Assembly (NCBI GenBank): GCA_963708075.1
Contig: OY970194.1
Coordinates: 3,968,001 to 4,032,000, forward strand
Direction: 5' to 3'
Origin: Sedimentisphaerales bacterium
GTDB taxonomy: Bacteria > Planctomycetota > Phycisphaerae > Sedimentisphaerales > Anaerobacaceae
Length of the DNA stretch: 64,000 bases
The notes under the pieces were generated by a model. It did no database searches. It saw nothing but the letters and a program-made list of their open reading frames with translations, and was not told where the DNA came from. The position numbers and the translations under genes were made by a program. Numbering within the stretch: position 1 is the stretch's first letter; every line of letters begins with the position of its first letter. Shown here piece by piece: positions 46,916 through 57,797 of this stretch.

Positions 46916-49868
46916 TTATCGATCGCCGGCGAGGTAACGGACCTCGGCGGGGGACAATGCACGGTTGTAGATGCGGAAGTCATCGATGGAGCCGAGGAAG
47001 AGCGCGTCGGGCGCATTGCGACTTGCCGATCCAGTTCTGCGTCGTCTTGCCCATGTCCTTGGGCAGGACGGCCGTGCCGCCTGAGGCGACTCGCTCGCCG
47101 TCGATGTAGATCGTGATCGTCTTGGCCGCGGCTGTCGATCGTGACGGCTACGTGGTGCCAGCCGACGGCCAGGTGGCTCGGGCTGTTCACGATCTGCTCG
47201 TCACCGTTGGCGGCTTGCGAATCACGACGACTCATGTTGCCGGCGGTGCCCTGGCGCGGGCACAGGAACATGTAGGCCGAAGTGCCCGAGCCGAAGTCGA
47301 AGATCACGCTGCCAGGCGCCGTTGCCGCCGCCGAAGTAGACGTGCGTGGCGACGGTCGTGTCGGTCAGCGTCGAGATCAGCGTGCCGATGGGCAGGTCCA
47401 CGTAGGTGTTGGTGCCGTTCATAGACCAGGGCCTGGCCGGCGTAGCCGGGCTCGTAGTTGGCGGTGCCGTTGATGGTGCCGTGGTTGTTCTTGCCGGAGC
47501 TGTCCTGGGCGTCTCCGTCCATCGCGTAGAGGGCCATCAGGTTGGCCGTGCCCGGATCGACGGGACCGACGGCCTGCGGGCGCGACGGCGTACAGGCGGA
47601 TGTCGTCGATGAAGACGGTGCCGGCGCCGGTGCCCTCGACGCCGATCGTCAGGGTCTTGACGCTCTTGAGATTGGCGCCGGTGGCGGCCAGCGAGATCGC
47701 CCACTGCTTCCACAGGGGCATCGTCGTGGCGGCATTGTTGCCGAAGGCAACTTTCGTGCCGTTGATCTTCACATACAGCGGAGCCGGTGCGTTGGCCACC
47801 TGTCCGCGGAAGTACAGGACGAGGGTTGTGATTCCATGCTCCGTCCAGTCCTGCGGCGGGTCGAAGGTGCGGTCGGCCTCGGAGAGTTTCCCTGCGGCCG
47901 GGTTGTCGTACGTCAGAGGCATCGCTTGCTTGCCGCCGTGAACGAGCTTGGTCTCCACGATGGGACCTGTCACGGGGTCATAGCCGACGACCGAGCCCGT
48001 GCTTGCCCGGATCTGGTCGACGCCGTCGATCCACGCCTGGAAGATGCGCTTGGGCGCGTCGTTTGTGTAGCCCTCGAAGTCATCGAGGCTGATGTAGTCC
48101 ACGGTCGTGAAGCTCCAGACGTCGCCGGGTCGGGTGACGGTGCTGACCTCATCGATCTTCCAGTAGTAGGTCGTGCCGAGGTTCAGACTGCCGGGGACAT
48201 AGCTGTGCTCGGTCACCGTCTTGGCCGCGACGGTTCCGCCGGCCACAGCGGCCTGATCGGCGCCAAAGAACACCTGGTGCGACTCGGCCTCGCGACCCGG
48301 CCGCCAACTCAGGCCGGTATCGACGCTGACGCCCGTCGCGCCGGTCCCCGGCTGCGGGGCAAACGCCTGCACCGGCACATAGAAGAATCGAACCTCGCTC
48401 AGACCGCACTGCGGCAAAACGCCGCCCCAGTTGGCGTTGATTGTCAGCCTGACGAACTTGGCCTCCACGCCGCCGAAATCGACGGTCGTATTCGCCTTGT
48501 AGGTCGGCAGGCCGGTCGCCTGGGCGAATTCGGGCACGCCCGCCAGGACCGTCCAGGTCTGGCCGTCGGCGGAATACTCGATGGTGACGTTCTTGGCGCC
48601 CGAAGCCCACCACGGTCTCGATCATCCTGGTTCGCGTTCCAGACCCACAGCTCATCGAGCTTATAGACCTTGTCAAATTCGTACTGAATCCAGGCGGGCT
48701 TGAGCCCGTTGCTCATCCACATCTTCGTGGAATCGACGGAGTGCTCGTCGTTGGCGTTGAGGCCGGAGCCGTTGATGGTGTTCTGCGGCCCCATGTTGTT
48801 CCCCGAGCCGGAAGCCTTGGCCGCCACGGGTGTAACCGGGTACGCAAAGGGTTCGGCGGTGAAGCTCCAGACGTCGCCCTTGAAGATCGTGTTGTCGGGG
48901 GCGGCGTTCACCTCGTCGACACGCCAGTAGTACGTCTGGCCGAAATTGAGCAGACCGACCGGATCGTACGTCGTGTCCGACTGCCCCTGGCTGGCCAGCA
49001 CGTTCATCGGATTGGCCCGGCCGGCGCTGTTGACATCCTCGAACACGGTGCCAAGATAGACATCGTGCGATGCGGCGAATCCGCCGGGCGTCCAGCTCAG
49101 CACGACATCACGACGCACATCGACGGCCCTATCTTTCGGTTGAGGATCGGCCGCGAGATCGGGCATCGCCATACCGTTCTGGAAGATGGCCGTCACCTCG
49201 TCCGCCGACAGCTCACGATTGTACATCGCGACCTCGTCGATGCTGCCGAGGAACTGCTGGCCACCATTCGAGCTCGCCTCCGCACCGATCATGAGCGGCC
49301 AGTTGTTCGGGTTAATGTCGACATTTCCCGGCGGACCGGGTCTGGCCCTCCCTCTTGCCGTCGACGTACATGCGAAGCGTCTTATTGCCGAAGGTGGCCA
49401 CGATAAAGTGCCATTCGCCATTGGCGACCGTGGTAGTGCCGTCGACGATCGAGAGGTGTTGTTGACGAAGAACTCGAGCCGCGGGAGACCGACGTTCTGC
49501 GTCAGGACCAGATCGAAGCCGGAAGTCTGGTACTGGGACTTATCGACCACGCGGGCCCAGTTCGGGACCGTCGTGGCCTTGACCCAGGCCAACACACTGA
49601 GCTCGGCCGTCACGTCGTATTGGGGAATCTCCGGCACCGTGACGTGCGAGCCATTGCTGGCGAACTCCAGGGCCATGCCCTTGGGGCCCGGAACCCAGGT
49701 GGCGGCGCCGACAACAGTGCCGGGGTTGCTGTAGGTGGAGACGTCCTTGGCCGTCGTACCGGCGCCCTCGTCGAAGGGCATGTACAGGACCAAGGATTTG
49801 TCCGCAGCCCGGGCCTGCAGGGTCATCAGGCTCAGTGCCACTACAATGATCAGTCGCGACTTGCTCAT
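46916..49868 (-). pseudogene. LamG/discoidin multidomain protein, paralogue 3, with many frameshifts
   Basis: GGAGG RBS + MSKSRLII signal; same modules spread over ORFs 48444-49940, 47419-48537 and smaller pieces; ends EVRYLAGDR*. Confidence 0.85.
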
Positions 49869-50280
49869 GGTGGAACCTCCTTCCAATTCTCCTCGTGTCA
49901 ACGTGCCACTACGAACGATATTCTTTCGCCTGGGTCCCACCCGTCGGACCCATTTGACTTCCGCTCTATCGCCCTATCACAGGGACAACTCGTCAAATAA
50001 CCGCCCGGCGGAGCCGTGACGGGGCGAGAGGCGCTTTTCCACGTTCGCCTCGACCATCAGTCGGACCGCCCGGGATTTCCCATTTGACCTCGTAGACTGT
50101 CCTCCTGTACGGCGCAGGTTCCATGATACCCAGGTAGCGCACCCAATGTCAATATCTTCTATCAGGAAAGAGGCACGACTGGATATAATCACTCTCATGG
50201 CTGAAGAATCAGACTTCCTGTCAGCATCGGTCCGTCAGTCAACGCACCAACGAACTGCGCGCTGTCTGTCTCGGCCCCTC

Positions 50281-51600
50281 ATGCGGCTTACTCCTACCCT
50301 TCACCAAACCACGCTGCATCCTTCCAACCTGATTCCGTTGGTAATTTCCAGACGCTCGTTTTTGAAATCCTGCTTCGCGATGACAGTCATCGCATCGCTG
50401 ACGGCGGGTCTGCTTAAGGCGCAATCGGCCGAGGCCAAGGGGCCGCTCATGGCCTATGTGGGCACGTTCAGCTCGCCACTGCGTGACGTGCTGCCGACGC
50501 AGGTGGATTTGCCTCCCGGAAATGGACGCGGCATTCACCTGTTTCAGGTGGATCGCACCACCGGGGCCTTGAAACCGTGCGGAGTCTATGAGCTGGGGAC
50601 GAGTCCAAGTTGCCTGGCTTTGAACGCCGCCGGGACCCGCCTGTATTCCTCCAACGAGACGGACCGGGTGGGCGAAGGCAACGAAGGCACGGTCAGCGCC
50701 TTCGCGATCAACCGCGATGACGGGCAATTGACACTGCTCAACACCGTCCGTTCCGGCGGCGCCGGGCCCACGTATGTGAGCGTGCATCCGTCCGGGAGAT
50801 TCCTGCTGGTGGCCAATTATCAAGGCGGCTCCGTGGCGGTTCTGCCGATTCTGCCCGACGGCGATCTGGGTGTCGCCACAGACGTCAAGATGGATGTCGG
50901 AACCCTGGGACCGAAGCAGGCAACGAACGCCCCGCCGGGGAGCTTTGCCTTCAGCGGACACGATCGAACCCACGCGCACATGATTCAGGCCGATCCTTCG
51001 GGGCGCTTCGTTCTGCATGTCGATCTGGGCCTGGATCAAATCTTCGTCTGGAAGTTCGATGACGCCAAGGGCGTGCTCACTGCGAATGATCCGGCCGCGA
51101 TTTCGCTGCCGCCGGGAGACGGGCCACGGCATTTCTGCTTCCATCCGAATGGACGCTGGCTCTACTCCATTCAGGAGGAAGGCTCGAACATCGTCCTGTT
51201 TGACTACGATGCCCGGCAAGGGCGGCTGGCCGCGAGGCAAACCGTTTCCACCCTGCCGGCCGGATTCGCCGGCAGCAATTTCTGCTCGGAAATCATGGTT
51301 TCTGCTGATGGCCGGTTCCTCTATGCGGGCAACCGTCTGCACGACAGCATCGCGATCTTTTCAATCAGCGCCACCGGCGCTCTGACCTACATCGAGGAGG
51401 AATGGACGCGCGGGGACTATCCGCGGAGTTTCAATTTCGATCCCACCGGCCGGTTCCTTTACTCCTGCAATCAGCGCGGCGACAACCTCGCCGTCTTCCG
51501 CGTTGATCGCCAGACGGGTAGCCTGGCCTTCACCGGCCATTACACCCCCGTCGGCAATCCTTCAATCATCATCTTCCTCGATCTTGCGAAGATGGATTAG
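50281..51600 (+). CDS. Lactonase (6-phosphogluconolactonase/cycloisomerase family), Tat-exported (start uncertain)
   Basis: SRRSFLK, AYVGT, LVANYQGG, HAHMI, DLGLD, GPRHFCFHP, YPRSF. Confidence 0.9.
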   Translation: MRLTPTLHQTTLHPSNLIPLVISRRSFLKSCFAMTVIASLTAGLLKAQSAEAKGPLMAYVGTFSSPLRDVLPTQVDLPPGNGRGIHLFQVDRTTGALKPCGVYELGTSPSCLALNAAGTRLYSSNETDRVGEGNEGTVSAFAINRDDGQLTLLNTVRSGGAGPTYVSVHPSGRFLLVANYQGGSVAVLPILPDGDLGVATDVKMDVGTLGPKQATNAPPGSFAFSGHDRTHAHMIQADPSGRFVLHVDLGLDQIFVWKFDDAKGVLTANDPAAISLPPGDGPRHFCFHPNGRWLYSIQEEGSNIVLFDYDARQGRLAARQTVSTLPAGFAGSNFCSEIMVSADGRFLYAGNRLHDSIAIFSISATGALTYIEEEWTRGDYPRSFNFDPTGRFLYSCNQRGDNLAVFRVDRQTGSLAFTGHYTPVGNPSIIIFLDLAKMD

Positions 51601-54003
51601 ATTCACGTGATCCGAACCATCCGCACACAAGAAGCCAAAGATGGCGGCGGCCGGGCCGATGTTCTGGTGAATGGTGAACTCGCTTCCCATCGGCGAGCAG
51701 CGGTTGCTGAACCATCGCTCATTGCCCGGCCAGGCGTCGATGTCCGGATGGAGCGTCTGGTACGGCCAGGCATGATCCCACGGCCCGATGCCTCGGTCCT
51801 TGTCCTTACGCCAGGGGCTATAGGGAATCAGGCCCGGATGAAAACGCCCGCGGCCGTTGTACCAGGCGTCCATGTGGAAGATCTGGGTGGGATAGCGAGG
51901 TCCGAGACCAGTCACCCAGGTCTGATTGAGACCGTTGCAGCCAAGGAAATAGTCACACGTGGTGTACAGGGCGGCCAGATAGCGCCCGGCACGGTCGGGC
52001 TCGGAGGACCGGGTCAGGGTATAGGCCACGGCGCCTGGAAGCACCAGGGGCGTCGTCTGCTGGCCGACGAGCATGGGCATATAGAAGTCGCCCCCCCACC
52101 GCAGCGCACGCTTGGCCGACGAGGAGAGCAGAGTCTGGTCCGCCGTAAAGAGCGTGGCCGACCGAAGGCGCTGCAGGAGGTCGGCTCGCCGCTCGGCCTT
52201 TCCGCCGCCCAGGGCATAGAGGAATGGTCCGCAGGCAGCCTCGTCGGTGAGCATGCTGTCCGCTTTGATCCACTGGGTATCCGCGGCCAATTGTGACTCA
52301 TAGCTCCCCTCACCCGTGAGCCGGAAAAGGCAAGCAGCGGCATAGGCCCGAGGATAACGGAGACTGCTGCCCATGGCAGTCTCGTCGGTCGCACGTGTAT
52401 TCGCCTGTGCCCATGCGTAGGCTTCTCTCGCTTCCTTTTCCCAATCCACGCCGTTCGGATCGCGCTTCACCCCGGCCAGTTGGTACGTGTAGGCCAGGTG
52501 GGCCGCCGTGCCGGCGTACCGATAGGTAGACCAGGGGTCCTCGCCGGAGACCATCCAGATCCGGTCGGTGTCCTCCCACGAACCACGGCCGACCTTTTTG
52601 CCGTCGGCGGTCGTGCCCTCGTCGCCGCCAAAGGCATCGCCCGCCACGCGCAAGCCCACGCCGCCGGTGCCCCAGCCCTTCGCCATCAGCTCGGCGCGAA
52701 GACGCTGGCAGAACCGCGGCAGCCAGGCGGCCTCATCGAGGATATCCGGGACGCCGTTGCCGCTCTCCGGGAGGTTGAGCTCTCCATCGCCGAACTTGCC
52801 AGGTCCCATTTCATAAACGAGCAGCAGTTCCTGGGCGACGCGCAGGTGCGTGTAGTAGCTGTCCCAATCCCCGGCATCCTGATACCAGCCCCAGGTATCC
52901 TCGAGGGGGCCGGGAGAATCGGCCATGAGCTTCTCGGCGTCGCCCCCCTCACTGCCCCACTCCGGCCAGCGTACCCGCGTGTAGCGGAGCTTGCCGGCAA
53001 AGCCGGGCGTCAGCTTCGGATGATGCGGAGCGGGACGCTCGAATTCCGTATAGGGTTGCCGCAGCGCGATGCCCGAGCGATTGTGATAGAGGGCACGTGC
53101 CACCGTCACAAATGCCGGACGGTAGACATCCGGATCGATGCGAAAGGCCGGGAACAACCTATGCCCTCGATCGGCGGCCACATAGGAGCCGGGTCGATGG
53201 AAGCTGGAGAAGTCACACTCCCAAACGTCGGCGCCAAGGAAATTGCCGTAGGGCGGGGAGTCGGACTTGTGGGCTGTTTCGGGGTTCTCCTTGCCCATGC
53301 GGAAACGTACCCGGCCGCTGAACACATCCGATCCGCTGCTCGTCTCGATCAGATGAAAGAGATGGCCTTCATATGCCTTGAGGTCCAGCGGGCCCCCGTC
53401 GCCCATCCAATGATAAACGTAGGCGTACTTTTGGGGCGCATCGGGGACGTAGCCGAGCGTGTTGACGTGGACCGCCTCGGAGCGGGCCGTGGTTATCTCG
53501 AACTTGAGCGTCCACTCTCTGCCGTTCCTGGCCAGAGTGCCCGTGTTGACCGTGTAGTTCCGTCCCGGCTGCATGGCGGCGGGCAATTCGAGGTAGAGCC
53601 AGTGTTCCTTGGTATGGTCGGGACGCGTGTTGACGGCCCGCCCGTCTTCCCATTTATCGACGAACCATGCGAAGTCGGTGCCTTTGCTCTTGCGGCTCAC
53701 CGTTTGGGGGCCTTTCGCTTCGCGGTAGGCCGGATCGTCCGAGCTCGTGACCGTATAACTCTCCGCCCGCGAGGCAGCGTCGACGTCGAGCGGATCGACA
53801 AAGACCTTCTCTTCACTGCGAGGCTGGCCTCGTTGATGGTGCTGCACGTAGCCATCGTTGAAATGCAGCATCAGAATACGATCGGTCAGCGGTTGGATCT
53901 CGACCAAATCGGAGGCTGTCACGAGCGATGCCATCAGGGCGATGACACCGGCCATGAACGCTGCTGTGGTCCCACCCGATAGATTCATATGCGGTCGCTT
54001 CAT
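51562..54003 (-). CDS. Glycoside hydrolase family 9-like protein with N-terminal Ig domain
   Basis: VHVNTLGY, LYHNRSG, GWYQDAGDWD, GNGVPDILDEA, FLGCN..WVTGLG, EFTIHQ; AGGAG RBS. Confidence 0.85.
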   Translation of the reverse strand: MKRPHMNLSGGTTAAFMAGVIALMASLVTASDLVEIQPLTDRILMLHFNDGYVQHHQRGQPRSEEKVFVDPLDVDAASRAESYTVTSSDDPAYREAKGPQTVSRKSKGTDFAWFVDKWEDGRAVNTRPDHTKEHWLYLELPAAMQPGRNYTVNTGTLARNGREWTLKFEITTARSEAVHVNTLGYVPDAPQKYAYVYHWMGDGGPLDLKAYEGHLFHLIETSSGSDVFSGRVRFRMGKENPETAHKSDSPPYGNFLGADVWECDFSSFHRPGSYVAADRGHRLFPAFRIDPDVYRPAFVTVARALYHNRSGIALRQPYTEFERPAPHHPKLTPGFAGKLRYTRVRWPEWGSEGGDAEKLMADSPGPLEDTWGWYQDAGDWDSYYTHLRVAQELLLVYEMGPGKFGDGELNLPESGNGVPDILDEAAWLPRFCQRLRAELMAKGWGTGGVGLRVAGDAFGGDEGTTADGKKVGRGSWEDTDRIWMVSGEDPWSTYRYAGTAAHLAYTYQLAGVKRDPNGVDWEKEAREAYAWAQANTRATDETAMGSSLRYPRAYAAACLFRLTGEGSYESQLAADTQWIKADSMLTDEAACGPFLYALGGGKAERRADLLQRLRSATLFTADQTLLSSSAKRALRWGGDFYMPMLVGQQTTPLVLPGAVAYTLTRSSEPDRAGRYLAALYTTCDYFLGCNGLNQTWVTGLGPRYPTQIFHMDAWYNGRGRFHPGLIPYSPWRKDKDRGIGPWDHAWPYQTLHPDIDAWPGNERWFSNRCSPMGSEFTIHQNIGPAAAIFGFLCADGSDHVNLIHLRKIEEDDD

Positions 54004-54045
54004 TTCTCCTCGCTCATTCCCGACCGACGCGCGTATTCGGAACAA

Positions 54046-55386
54046 CTATTTGCGTGTCTCGGTCTTCTCAGTGCCGATGCAGTAAATGTTCTTCATCCCG
54101 ACGAGGAAGAGTCTGCCATCCGCCGCGGCGGGTGAGGGGTGATTGCCGTCGCCAAGATCATTGATGGCAAGGACACGATACTCAGGCCCCGCCTGAACGA
54201 CATAGCTCTTGCCGGCGTTGGCGAAGAACAGGCGCCCCTTCGGGTCCGCAATCGGGCTGGCCCAGGTGGTGGATATGTCTTGGAGACGCTCGGAATACAG
54301 CTCTTTGCCGGTCGCCATTTCCCAACACTGGAGGAAGCCGGGAGTGCGCAGGCGATACAGATACTTGCCGACGACAATGGGTGAACTTAGGGCTTCGCCT
54401 CTCTGTGTGATGGTCCAGCGAACGTGTGTGTCGGAGACGTCGCCCGAACCGGTCGGATCCACAGCTACGCCCGTGCCGCCCCGGCCATCATCAAAGTAGA
54501 CAAGGCCCTGCCCGTAGGCCGGTGAGGATGCGTCTCCTTCGCCCCGGCACCACCAAAGGAGTTTCCCATCGGCCGGATCAAGACTCTGCAGGGCATCGCC
54601 CGCCTTCTCCATACCCGAGGCCACAAGAAGCATCTGGGGTTTGTCGTTGACCTGAATAATCACGGGTGTGCTGTGCCCGAACTGCATTCGAGGGAGTTTT
54701 CTCTCCCATCTTATATCGCCGCTGGTCTTATCGAAGGCGACGACGCGCGAGTCTTCTTTCTTGGCCATCGCACAGAGAAGGATGACGGTGTCGCCATAGA
54801 GGACCGGGCTGCTGCCCAGAGTGACGTCGAAGGAGTACGGAATAATCGGCTTTCGCCATGCGATGTTGCCCTGGAAATCGATCGCGGCCAGGACCGATGA
54901 GGCGAATGCACAGTAAATGAGCCTGCCATCGGTGACAGGTGTGGCGGCGGCATAGCCTCCGCCCGGCCCGCTGCGGAAATCGTCCCGTAACCAGGGCCCG
55001 GGCGGTACGCGCGTATCCCAGAGCAACCTTCCATCGGACGTGCGATAGCAGGTGACATGATGCTCCGGGATGACCTTCTTCCGGTCTTCCACATCGGCCG
55101 GCCAGTTGACGGTGCAGACGATGACCGCCTGACCCCAGACGATGGGACTGGCGTGCCCCTGGCCCGTAAGCGGCGAAACCCACCGAACGTTCTCGTTTGC
55201 CGGGCCACCCCAGGCGATGGGCAGATTCTCCTCCGTCGTGTAGCCAAGGCCGGTCGGGCCGCGGAAACCCGGCCAGTTCGCCCGGACAAGGGCAGTGGGC
55301 GTTAGAAGAATGCCTGCCAGAACAATGCCCAATATGGCCGACTGGCTCGCGAAAGACTCGAATCCTATCCTGGCATATTTCGTCAT
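54046..55386 (-). CDS. PQQ-binding-like beta-propeller protein
   Basis: NWPGFRGP, GHASPIV, AAATPVTDG, GSSPV, WASP, IYCIG. Confidence 0.9.
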   Translation of the reverse strand: MTKYARIGFESFASQSAILGIVLAGILLTPTALVRANWPGFRGPTGLGYTTEENLPIAWGGPANENVRWVSPLTGQGHASPIVWGQAVIVCTVNWPADVEDRKKVIPEHHVTCYRTSDGRLLWDTRVPPGPWLRDDFRSGPGGGYAAATPVTDGRLIYCAFASSVLAAIDFQGNIAWRKPIIPYSFDVTLGSSPVLYGDTVILLCAMAKKEDSRVVAFDKTSGDIRWERKLPRMQFGHSTPVIIQVNDKPQMLLVASGMEKAGDALQSLDPADGKLLWWCRGEGDASSPAYGQGLVYFDDGRGGTGVAVDPTGSGDVSDTHVRWTITQRGEALSSPIVVGKYLYRLRTPGFLQCWEMATGKELYSERLQDISTTWASPIADPKGRLFFANAGKSYVVQAGPEYRVLAINDLGDGNHPSPAAADGRLFLVGMKNIYCIGTEKTETRK

Positions 55387-55500
55387 GTTGTATCCCGGTC
55401 CATCTGGTCTGCCAATGGTTTGGCTTTTCACGGACAAACAGGCCTGACTATACACTGGAGTAATGGCGATTCCAACCCAAAACAGGAAGTCACCCAGCGC

Positions 55501-55640
55501 GGGTGTACGACAAGATCGTGGCCATCTATGCGGCAGACTGCCGGTAGCGTTCCCATTGGTTGTTGGCCCACAGGCTTACCAGCGTCGCCATGGACGTGAC
55601 GTTGGTCCGATTCCACCGCATCCCGGAACGAGCCCTTTAC
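55501..55640 (-). mobile_element. Relic 3' end of an ISKra4/ISLre2-like transposase with terminal repeat
   Basis: KGS/GMRWNRTNVTSMATLVSLWANNQWERYRQSAA* followed by CACGATCTTGTCGTACACCC. Confidence 0.6.
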
Positions 55641-55768
55641 ATAGTACACCGCTATGAGTGCGGCTCTTTGCCCCGGATGGCGGACGTCCGGCTGCGGATG
55701 ATGGCACTCAAAGATCCGCTGATACCACGAGAGTAGAGACGGAGCAGGAATATCCTTTTGTCCGTGGC

Positions 55769-57457
55769 TCAGTGGAGCCGGCATTGGTCGGGGTCGAATC
55801 CGTGCTTGCCCCTGCATGTGCCTGCTTCGGCCGCGCTCGCGACGAAGGCCAGACATCTCACTACGTCTGCCCGCTCCTGCTCGGGATATCTGGAGAGCAG
55901 CGTATCGATAAAGTGATCCAGACGTCTGCAACATTCGTCCGTGTCGCCGGCCGTCCAGTTGCGATCCTGATAGTCCTTGTTCAGTCCAAGCAGGGACATG
56001 CCAAATTGGGCATCACACTCATATCCGATGCGATGGGCTATGTTCATGTTCTCACGACCATACGCCTCAATTTCGCTGAGCACTCTGTCAAGAAGGTGCC
56101 TCTCCCGAGGCTCCTTGTGGTCAAAAAGAGGGATTTCGCGAAACTGAACGTATCTATCGATTCTTTTGATGCGATGACCTTTTCCTGCCTTATCTCTCGA
56201 GAACGGCTCAACAATGGCTATATGCGCCCTGTAGTCCGTGGTGGAGCCCACGTTCACGTTGTGAAATGAGGCTGCCGTCATGAGCCCAACGATTCCACCG
56301 ACACGTGCGTCGCCCTGGCCCGGGCGCATCATGGTTTCTCGATGCGTGTGAGCCGACAGCCAATAATTCGCTTTTCCGTCGATGCACCAGCGGTGGAGCT
56401 CCTGGTTCGCATAAGGGTGTCCGAACAACACGCTCTCGACCGTCTCCCAGGCGCCGTGCAGCATGCTCAAAAACTCAAAGCGCCAGCTCGTCGGAATGTC
56501 ACCACGCTTTCTGTCAAGGTTGTCGGGTGGATAGTGCGAGGCAACGAACCGGAACTCCGGAGGTGGGCCGGCTGAACTGTCTTGGAGATGCGCAATCTGG
56601 CATGGCATCTCGTTGCCCGGCGTGCTCTCGTGATCCCGGGTCGATATGGATCCTTGCATGCCGTAGAAGTCCCATCGGGGGATAAAGGGATCCCATATTG
56701 CCACTTCCGGCCTGAACGAGGTGTCCGCATAGTCCGAGGTGTCTGCGAGGAAGATTTCCACCGTTTTGCCCCCATCCTTCGGAAGGACGAGACGGCCGGC
56801 CAGGTATAGACCGCTGCCATGATCCAGATTGGGGTCCAGCGCATCACGGTTATCGGTATAGCGGAACAGCGTATTCGCAGGCAGGTCACTACTCGCCTGA
56901 TTGAACTCGCTGATCCTTCTGAGCACCTCGTACTTTGTCAGGGAACGGTTGTATGTCGCAGGCAGAGGCGGCGCCTGCTCCGGCCGGAGTCGGTTCAGCA
57001 AGAGGAAACGTGCCAGCGGATCCGACGTATTGCCGACGCCCAGGTAGTCGTGATTTCCTATGACCATGAATATGGGGATGTGGCTTTCTCTTCTATGGTC
57101 GTCGAGCACCGTGAACAACTTCTCTATTTCATTCTCGCCGCCGCTGTTTGCGCCATCGCCAAGGTAGAGAATGACGTCAATGCCTGATGGGAATTGGCGA
57201 AGAGCGATCTGCAACATCTCCGGCGCGAGATGTTCGAGTGCGGGTGGACGAATAGCACATCCAATTCGCTTATCCAGAGATCTGCTGCGATACGGACAAT
57301 CCGGCGTGCTATCCGGCGAGGTGATCTGGGAGTCAGCCAGCAGGCCGATTCGTATCGGCAGAGGGTGCGCAGGTTGGGTTCCGGCACAACCCGGCATGAA
57401 CGAAAGACTCAGAATCGACAGGGTCAACAATCCACAAGTCTGTCCACGATCGCTCAT
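55769..57457 (-). CDS. Metallophosphoesterase-family probable lipoprotein
   Basis: LADSQ, LGDG, GNHD, SHYP, SAHTH calcineurin-like motifs; MPG-C lipobox-like site. Confidence 0.75.
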   Translation of the reverse strand: MSDRGQTCGLLTLSILSLSFMPGCAGTQPAHPLPIRIGLLADSQITSPDSTPDCPYRSRSLDKRIGCAIRPPALEHLAPEMLQIALRQFPSGIDVILYLGDGANSGGENEIEKLFTVLDDHRRESHIPIFMVIGNHDYLGVGNTSDPLARFLLLNRLRPEQAPPLPATYNRSLTKYEVLRRISEFNQASSDLPANTLFRYTDNRDALDPNLDHGSGLYLAGRLVLPKDGGKTVEIFLADTSDYADTSFRPEVAIWDPFIPRWDFYGMQGSISTRDHESTPGNEMPCQIAHLQDSSAGPPPEFRFVASHYPPDNLDRKRGDIPTSWRFEFLSMLHGAWETVESVLFGHPYANQELHRWCIDGKANYWLSAHTHRETMMRPGQGDARVGGIVGLMTAASFHNVNVGSTTDYRAHIAIVEPFSRDKAGKGHRIKRIDRYVQFREIPLFDHKEPRERHLLDRVLSEIEAYGRENMNIAHRIGYECDAQFGMSLLGLNKDYQDRNWTAGDTDECCRRLDHFIDTLLSRYPEQERADVVRCLAFVASAAEAGTCRGKHGFDPDQCRLH

Positions 57458-57797
57458 ATACCCCCAACCGGCTCGTGCGAGCCACCGCAACCGGTGAGAC
57501 CGGAAGAAGTAACGATGAACACCCATCCGACAAACAGCAGTCTGGCGACTCCCATTCCCGGGCTCCATTCGAGCATCTACGCGAGGATACAGTGACTTGA
57601 GCATACACAACACCGTAGAGCGTGTCAACGCCGGAGCCACCGGAATATCGTTCTTCTTCGGTCGTTGTGAGTCCGGACTTGCCGCTCGCAGTCACGTGGT
57701 ATACACTAGCCGACGTGTTGGGCCGGCGCTGCTGCACGTCGGATCGCCGATGCGATTCACGGTGTTGGGCGTGGTAGCCTCGAAAAGGAGCACGACA

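Noticed and set aside
1599..49868. Diversity-generating retroelement acting on the LamG paralogues
   Set aside because: No reverse transcriptase and no template/variable repeat pair with adenine-specific differences seen
51562..51600. 39-bp convergent overlap of the lactonase and GH9 3' ends
   Set aside because: Short tail overlaps are common and could stem from an indel
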